Notes under the pieces: model-generated
Database searches by the model: none
The model's input: the letters and a program-made list of their open reading frames with translations, nothing else
What the model was told of the DNA's origin: nothing
Made by a program: the position numbers and the translations under genes
Assembly (NCBI GenBank): GCA_019828565.1
Contig: JAHDYR010000032.1
Span: 94,681 to 158,680, forward strand
From: Carpediemonas membranifera BICM
Taxonomy: Eukaryota > Protista > Fornicata
Reading direction: 5' to 3'
DNA length: 64,000 nucleotides
Shown: positions 57,401 to 64,000 of the stretch, in pieces
Layout of the letters: each line of letters begins with the position of its first letter
How positions within the stretch are numbered: the stretch's first letter is position 1

Positions 57401-59849
57401 CTCAAACGCGTCATGTTGTCGGTCGCCCCAAACGAACTTTTCGGCGGCTCGGGTGAGCTCGGTGATGGGTTCAGTCATATCGACGTAACGCTCAATGAGT
57501 GCTCGAAAGTAGTTCGCGAACCCGAGCAAGGCTCGGGCGTCCGTCAGACTAGTCGGCTCCTTGAGATCATGGATGGCCTCCAGACGGTCGGGGGAGATCC
57601 GCTTACCGTCCTTGTCTACTCGCCAGCCCAAATAGTCGATGGAAGTCGCTCCAATGACCGTCTTGGAAGGATTAAGCTTCAGACCGGCCGCGTGGATGCG
57701 AGCTAACACGTCCTCCAGATTCTTCAGGAACTCGTCACGGTTCGCTCCAAAGACGACAATGTCATCTATGTAAGCGAGACACTGAGTATAAAGGGATTGA
57801 CCCAGAATGTGTTCCATGGCTTTCTGGCAGTGGATGGGAGCATTACGAAGCCCAAAGGGCATCCGCTTATACTGGTATTTCTTCCCACCAGCCACAAAAG
57901 CGGTATACTTGCGCGAGTCCTGGTTGATTATGATCTGGTGGAACGCTTTGGATAGGTCCAGCGTGGCGTAAAACTGTTGGCCTTGTAGGTGATCAATCAA
58001 GTCGTCGATGAGGGGTAGGGGATGCTCCTCGGCCTGGGTGATAAGGTTCAGCCGTCTAAAGTCGAGGCAGAGGCGACGCTTGTTGCCTCTCTTCTTTGCC
58101 ATGACGATGGGGTTATTGAAGGCTGAGTCCGAAGGCTCGATGACGTCCAGAGCAAGCAGCTCCTTAACCTGGCGATTAACCTCATCTTCCACCTGCTTGC
58201 CGTGACGATATGGGAAGCAGTTGATGACCTGGTCATTCTTGGTCTTCAGGGAGAATGCTGGGAGCTTGGACGGGCTGGAAATGTCCCCGAATAGGCCTGG
58301 GAACTTTTCAACAATCCTTTGGCTGGCTTCTGCAAACTGCACATATTCTGGGGCTGTTCTCTCGACCTCGTTTTCGAACATCTCGTCGTCGTCGTTCTGG
58401 TTTGACGGAGTCGGGTCAGGCGAGGGTATCTCGATCAGTCCCGCGCTGCGCAGGAGTGGGAACCCGATGATCGCATCGTAATGGTCGAGTGAGATGAGGA
58501 TAAACTTTGTGCGTACAGAGAGGGGTCTACCTGTCACAGAAGGGTACAGGACAGTATCGTAGGCCACATGGGAGGTGTTGATTAGTTGGCCTGACATGAG
58601 GCGAACCCTGTGGCACTCAGGAATGGGGGTGAGGCCCAGGGACTTCGCTTTCGCCTCATGGAGGAAGTTGGCGGTGGCACCTGTGTCGTAGAGGGCGCGC
58701 ACGGAGGATCCGTGCAGTCTGACTTTGAAGACTGGGCGGTGTTCTGCTTGATCGTCTTCGGGCGTTTCGACTGACATTGCGTCTAAGTACTCTTCAACCG
58801 TAGCAGCGAGGAAATCGTGCGCGTAGGACCTATCATTTACGTCCTTCTTCCGCGACTTGTGGGATTCCTTCTCGGCTTGCTGCATCTTCTTGGCTTGGGA
58901 GAGAGCGGCGCGCATGGTGTTGGCGATGGAGGACTTATCCTCAAAGGTCTTACAGCGTTCACGTAAGCGATCATTGCGGATGCCCTTCAGGAATTTGGCT
59001 ACGAGGCTCGACTGCTTCGGGGGTACAGAGGCGCAGTTTTCGAGTGTCCGCTGGTAGATTAACGTGTAGTAGAGCATGGACTCATAAACGTTCTTGCTGG
59101 CGGTGTCAAAGGTAATCGAGTCAAATCGGTCGAGCGCGTCCTGACGGTCGAGGGGTCCGAAGATGTCGTTCACCATTGAGATAAATCTTTGTTGAAGTCG
59201 TTAGGGGTCTCGGGTGTGTGAACGGGTAGATGCTCGGACTCGTCGGAGACCGAACTATCAGTGTCAGACTCGGTGTCGTCATCAGTGTCAGACTCAGGGG
59301 GCGCGAGGAACAGAAGGGGGTCCCTAGGCGCAGCGCAGGGTTGCTGTGTGACCTCACGGGCACGAGTAATAAGGTCTTCGAGGTCCGGGCATTCGAGGAA
59401 CATGATCTTCAAAACCGTCGCTGCGACGTAATCGAAGATCAGAGGCTTGGAAGCGGCGTTTCGTGCGTAATGGGCAATGAAGGCTTCCCGGAATGAATAC
59501 CATGCCTTAGGCTTCGTACTAGTGAGATAGGGTGCCAGGAAAGTTGATAGTTGTTCTACGTTCATCTAGATAGTAATATTACTGTGGTGGGCACAGAACA
59601 ACAACAATCAATGCGAAGTGTTTAAATAGGGTCGAACCCTAGTGGTAAATATGGCCTAAATATATACGGGTCAGGTGACCACTACATGGGGGCAAAATAC
59701 GCTGGACTGCTGAGCAAGTGAGCGAAGTCATCCTCAGGCACGCATTCTCACAGCCTGCGCATCGTTTTCCTCGCTTGTTCATGCGTGCTGGCATTTCTGC
59801 CACGACTGACTGGTCCTACTGGGATAGATCAGCATATGGCAAGCTATAA
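48468..59849 (+). CDS. Tn2 DD34E transposase, split by E8 (48468-49329 plus 59692-59849)
   Basis: VHDESMF, ITDNASFH, PP....SPIEE.FG.LK. The frame continues across TSD TGGGG (..AIIG/GKIRW..GKL*). Confidence 0.9.
49861..50516 (-). CDS. pol: E8 integrase C-terminal part and chromodomain (frameshifted)
   Basis: LPRITNIINNSP...LSPYEVLY, RGPVRV, EYVVRKVADHR, LWEGYDDDEGTW. Confidence 0.85.
50638..50649. other. Perfect palindrome at E7 primer-binding position: AGTACTAGTACT
   Basis: Read directly; overlaps the last LTR base. Confidence 0.93.
50660..54598 (+). CDS. gag-pol: E7 Gag-Pol (2x CCHC, PR, RT, RNase H, IN, chromodomain), frameshifts near 52235 and 52900
   Basis: CFNCGKVGHSARRC, FDSGA, LDLSAGYHQ, YIDD, TDASD, SDGGSEF, WRGPM, YLVHWVGFEDSEASFEP. 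Confidence 0.93.
54641..55745 (-). CDS. E7 antisense accessory gene (intron 55521-55554), C-terminal chromodomain-like segment
   Basis: GTAAGT...ATAG 34-nt intron joins ORF 55551..55781 to ORF 54641..55534 in frame; homologous to 29439-30555. Confidence 0.82.
56463..59565 (-). CDS. gag-pol: E8 Gag-Pol 5' part (Gag, PR, RT, RNase H, IN N-terminal half), frameshift near 59175
   Basis: LYDTGA, LDLSKAFHQ, YIDD, TDASD, CPVC, ADTIGP, TDGGSQY. Confidence 0.92.
59572..59583. other. Perfect palindrome at E8 primer-binding position: AGTAATATTACT
   Basis: Read directly; overlaps the last LTR base. Confidence 0.93.
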
Positions 59850-59853
59850 ATGT

Positions 59854-60732
59854 TTATTCCTCTCTTGCTAGCAGCCTGTCAATGGCCTTGAGCGTATCTT
59901 GCCGAACTGCCGGATCATCTAAGCGTTTGAGGCTTCCACTCGTTCTTCTGACGAGTATGTGAGCATGGATCTCCATGACTAGAGAGTAAACGTCTCCATA
60001 CGTGGCAAAAGGGTAGATTCCGGAAGAATCCATTGTTGTTGGCATGTGAGAAGGATCTGACAACTCCTGAGACAGATTTGAGTCGAGCGGCTGACTGATG
60101 GTTAGATGGCGTCCTGGCAGCAGCACACGGTCACCTGAGGAGAATATCTGAGCTTGGTTCTCTTCCGAAGACTGTGCCCCTCGCTCGGGACGCTGCTCTT
60201 CGTCGAAGGTTATGACGTCATTTCTGTCGTGCTCCTTGGCGACACGAGACCAGAAACTTGCCGTGACAACAACAGCGTAAAGGGTGATGGATGCTTGCCC
60301 CTGCTCTGCCGCCTGGAGTAAATACTCGATCCAATCATCGGCGGTAAGAATGGCGTGGTTCGGGCTGTGATGAAACAGCAGTACTGAAGACCCACAGTGT
60401 CGCTGTGCCTTCAGGTAGACGTTGCGAGGGTTCAGTACATCCGCTGGGGAGAGAGAGAAGGTTGTATCACCTCTCTTGCCCGGTTTGACGGATGTGAACA
60501 TGACGAATGCGTAATCATTATCTTTGAAGTTGGCAAAAGCGGACTTCTTGCCATTTCTCTTCAGAAGTGGTACTCCGGCTAGGCTTCTTACCTTCAGAGC
60601 AACAATGAGGTCACGTTGAACGGACAGAAGCTGTTCCTCGCTGAATGACACCTCTCTTCGCATCGAAAGGCTCCTCTCGCTGCTATGAACCTTCCACTGC
60701 TGTATCGACGGAGCTGTGACTGGCTGTGACAT
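59854..60732 (-). CDS. Tn2 second gene, 292-aa protein of unknown function
   Basis: Intact ATG-started ORF inside the TIRs; its stop codon lies 4 bp from the convergent transposase stop. Confidence 0.7.
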   Translation of the reverse strand: MSQPVTAPSIQQWKVHSSERSLSMRREVSFSEEQLLSVQRDLIVALKVRSLAGVPLLKRNGKKSAFANFKDNDYAFVMFTSVKPGKRGDTTFSLSPADVLNPRNVYLKAQRHCGSSVLLFHHSPNHAILTADDWIEYLLQAAEQGQASITLYAVVVTASFWSRVAKEHDRNDVITFDEEQRPERGAQSSEENQAQIFSSGDRVLLPGRHLTISQPLDSNLSQELSDPSHMPTTMDSSGIYPFATYGDVYSLVMEIHAHILVRRTSGSLKRLDDPAVRQDTLKAIDRLLAREE

Positions 60733-60794
60733 GGGTGCTTATACAATGATCCAAATCACAATTTAGGGGAGCTTAAATATGGGCACTACAGATT

Positions 60795-61610
60795 GTGTCA
60801 CTCAAGCCATTTAGTGGTGCCCAGCTCGCATCCCCACTCGAAATGGGAGGCTGTAAGCGCAGGGAAGCGCTCATAAGCGAAAGGCTCGAGTGGAATAACC
60901 CGGTTTGCCTCGGTGTAGTCGAGTGTTGGGCTATCGCCGCCCGAGGACTTCGGCGTGGGGAAGAGCTGCACAACATGGCCGCTCTCTTGTACATAAACTA
61001 CTACTGCCAGTTGACCAGTCGACTCTTGGCCGACTCCGATAAACTGCACGACCCTCCCAAAACGGTGTAGTCAGAACTGAGCAATCAATCAAGTGCAGTT
61101 TATCACATCGCCCCCTAGTGGCGAGAACGCCTAGTGTGCTTGACAAGGTAGTCTTGGCAGACCTTGTTGAAGTGGGCGTTAGAGACACGATACTGAATAA
61201 ATGCATCGGTGGTGAGGAGGTCAGTGATGGGTACGTCTTGGTCCTCGTCGGCTTCGTAGCCTAGCCATTATCCGGGAGCCAGGTGATCCGGGGTACTGCC
61301 TGTGCCCTCCGCTCGCTTGTCAGCCGCGCTCACTTCGGGCTCAGGTGCTACTGTCTCCACTGATAGATGATTCCAATCGCCCCATAGGCTCTTCAGCCAT
61401 CTCCGTGCACATTGTGCTTTCCTGTCCATACTGATAGCCCGGCAACTGATCAGTAGGCCTGGGGGTCTGTCCTCAACGTTTCGACAGGCAGGTTCATCCT
61501 GCAAGACCTTGTGTATAGCGTTCTCTGTTAGCCTGCAGTCTCTGATATAAGGTAAGGTAATATAATATGTATAATAATATATATATAATAATATAATATA
61601 TATAATATAA
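60795..61610. ncRNA. Structured non-coding element, copy B (core 61275-61540 homologous to copy A; AT-rich tract 61544-61610)
   Basis: Conserved blocks and compensatory stems versus 31846-32111; further hairpins in 60830-61180; abuts E9 RNase H. Confidence 0.6.
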
Positions 61611-64000
61611 ACGTCGTTAAAGGCTTTCGACATAAAACAGACAGGTCGACCCTCTTGTAATAGCACGGCTCCGTAACCGACGGCAGATGCGTCCGTCATC
61701 ACGGTGTGCTCCTTCGACGCATCAAATATAGCTAAAGAGTCTCCTCGCGTCAGCACGTCCTTAACTTTGTCCAGGGCTTCCTGTTGTGCCTTCGTACCGA
61801 TGGGTGTCTTGCCAGCCATGGCTTCGGTCAGGGGAATGGCTGCGGTGGCGAAGTCTTCTCCGTGGTCACGAAAGTAGTTCACGAACCCGACTAGCGCCTG
61901 CATGCCGCCAGCGAACTTAGGCATCTTGGTCGAGGGATATCCTGTATGCGGTCCGGCGCGATTCTCTTCTCCCCGTCGGAGATGATCCACCCTAGGGAAT
62001 TCCCACCTCCTTCCGGTTGAACGCGCGCTTGTCTCCGCAGGCTGCAGCTTGACTTGGTCTGCTACCCTCTCAGCACCTTCTCGAAAGTTTGATCGGGTAC
62101 TCGTCCTCATCGGCACCCGATACGATGATATCGTCGATATAAGTCTGGCAAAGCGTTGCCAACTAGGGCCTCGGAACGCCCTCTCCATTGCTTTCTGAAA
62201 GTGGGCGCCAGCATTGCGTAGCCAGGGCATATGCCTTATACTGGTATCGGCCGAGGACTGTCTTAAACGCCGTATATTGTCGTGACCGCTCTGACATCAG
62301 GATCTGATGGTATCCAGACGATAGATCCAGGGTGGCGAAGATTCGTTTGCCGGCCAATTGGGCTATCCGCTGCAGTATCCGAGGGATAGGGTAGTCGAAC
62401 AGAGCGGTCATCTGGTCTGTCCGCGATAGTCCACTACAAAGCGCGTCTAGTCACAGCTTCTTTGGGACTGTCATCGCTGGCGAGAGCAAAGTCAGACGAG
62501 CTCAGGCTCGATAAAAGCCCCGCTTTCACAACAGCTCGTCGATGATGTTCCCTGATCACGTCAACCTTCGCCGGGGGGATAAAGTATGGTCGCATTGACC
62601 ATCGATCGCCGCGTTGAGGGATTAAGTCGTAGGGCTCACGAGCTCGCTCGGCTCATGGCAATCTCCGAATATGGTAGCTAGTGGCGTAGTAGGTTCGTCT
62701 CGGCGTTCAATGGCTGCGTCTCAACGAGAACATGGGGAGCGTTATGCTTGGCGACGTCTGGTATCTCGGCATCAGTGAACTCGGACTCAGCGTACGCCTG
62801 TGGCAGGATGCCCAAAGGCTACCATGTCAGGGTAGCCGAGGATAATGTCAAACTCTGTCTCGAGCAACAGCATGTCTGAAGAGAATGTGCGACTTGGGTG
62901 TAAAAGGCTGAAGGGAGTAACTTCAGCTCGACATCAGCTGTGCCCAAGGCATCGATCAAGCCGCTCGCGGTCTTGACTGCGATCTTCTGGTGAGAAGTTA
63001 CCTTGAGGGTTCTTGGCGAGGGCTGGGCTTAGCACGGCGGCTCCTGCACCCGAGTCTAACAAGACAACCACGGGTGTCTTGCCGATGAATCCGCGGCACA
63101 ACGGGATGTTCGGGTCAGTTGGGGACGTCAATGTAGCCAATGGAACACACTCTGAAGGTTTATAGCGACAATAAACCTCCAGGTGACCCTCCTTCTTGCA
63201 TGTGACGCAGCGGTGCTTCGGCTTGGGGCACTGGAAGGTCTTGTGCTTACCCTTGGCGCTGCAGTTGTAGCATACATATGTATCAGGGACTTGGTGTCCT
63301 TCGCATTTGAAGTTCGCACCGCTGGTGGAATGGCGGTTAGGCTTCGAACTAGGCTTAGGGCCCTGATGATGACGCTCCTTGCGGTGCTGCGTGGCGCCTT
63401 CAGGCTTGATGGGGTGATGGGGGCGCTGATTCTTGCTGGAAGGGTGGTCATTGAAAGCCTCAGCGATCTCACGGCTCTCTTGGACGTCCCGGCTCATCGC
63501 TAGAACCTTCGGAAGGGCTTCTAGGAGCGGTTGGCCTTGAATGAGCTCCTTGATCCGATACATAGTCCGTGAGCCTTGACCGAACTTGAACGACCGAGCG
63601 TACGTGTCACGAAGGACCTCCTCGGAGGAATCTGGCTGTACAATAGCCATCAGGGTAGTGAACTTCCGGTTCACCTTGACCACTTCAGCCGGTGAGAAGT
63701 TATGGGCGTGGGAGCGGAAAAGCTCGAGACGCGCGACCTCTCTCGACGGTCTTAGCGTCATCCCCAGACGCTTGAGTACGAAGATGTCCCGAGCCTTACG
63801 CTTCTGGGTCGAAGCCTTCTTCATTACCAGGGGCACGGCTTCCTCGCAGTCCAGCTCATCGCCCACGGTGTCTTCCGCGTATTCGCGGATCGTCTTGTCG
63901 ATTAGGAGGTCAATCTCCTGCTTACCGCCAAGTGCTCTGTAGTCAGCAAGTTCATCGACGAACTTGAGGAGCGCTGGCATTGTAGGTGTCTTAAATAAAG
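61611..64000 (-). mobile_element. E9: Ty3/Gypsy element of the E6/E7 family (Gag 62934-63980; indel-rich PR-RT-RNase H); 5' end outside the window
   Basis: Gag similar to E7 (DYRALGG, LRPSR...RL.LFR), LDSGAG, LDLSSGYHQ, MTDASAVGYGAVLLQEG. Confidence 0.88.

Larger units (their letters stand above)
49330..59686 (-). mobile_element. E8: Ty3/Gypsy chromovirus-like LTR retrotransposon, interrupted by E7
   Basis: Identical 104-bp LTRs at 49330-49433 and 59583-59686, TSD TGGGG (49325-49329, 59687-59691), PPT GGGGGCAG. Confidence 0.94.
48406..60791 (+). mobile_element. Tn2: IS630/Tc1-like TIR transposon (about 2.0 kb when empty), interrupted by E8 and E7
   Basis: 24-bp TIRs CTGTAGTG(G/C)CCATATTTAAGCTCC at 48406-48429 and 60768-60791 (1 mismatch); ATT on both flanks. 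Confidence 0.9.

Noticed and set aside
8800-59176. Calling the elements dead pseudogenes, or programmed frameshifters, from scattered single frameshifts
   Set aside because: Shifts fall at inconsistent positions inside domains, some in homopolymer runs, as expected from long-read errors; this needs polishing to decide.
486-59686. Canonical tRNA PBS or Tf1-style self-priming for the LTR elements
   Set aside because: No TGG follows any 5' LTR, and by eye the palindromic sequence does not recur inside the LTRs as a Tf1-type 5'-end complement would require.
486-59686. CRISPR-like array from short repeats containing hairpins
   Set aside because: The repeats are kilobases apart, occur in pairs with TG...CA ends, TSDs and PPTs; they are LTRs.

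Overview
Compact eukaryotic (protist-like) DNA. Evidence: 28-103 nt GT-AG introns, tiny intergenic spacers, and Cdc20, ArfGAP and PIN-like genes. A host-gene island at about 37.9-48.2 kb is flanked by two deeply nested transposon clusters. These contain: (a) ten Ty3/Gypsy-type LTR retrotransposons (my labels E0-E9), mostly with chromodomain integrases, of which eight have readable, very short LTRs (84-134 bp); (b) one tyrosine-recombinase (DIRS/Ngaro-type) retroelement with RT, RNase H and YR in one reading frame; (c) two IS630/Tc1-like TIR transposons, each carrying a second convergent gene; (d) two diverged copies of a structured non-coding insert. The strongest unexplained signal is at the primer-binding position. 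All 8 readable 5' LTRs lack a tRNA-type (TGG) primer-binding site. Each instead has a perfect, loop-less 10-16 bp palindrome that starts on the last 1-2 bases of the LTR, and its sequence differs between families. I infer a tRNA-independent priming mechanism, possibly priming by the partner RNA of the genomic dimer. Secondary signals: an antisense, intron-containing accessory gene with a chromodomain-like C-terminus shared by E6 and E7, and a covarying structured RNA inserted with a 15-bp target-site duplication. Many isolated frameshifts and two garbled element interiors look like long-read consensus error, so pseudogene calls are uncertain.
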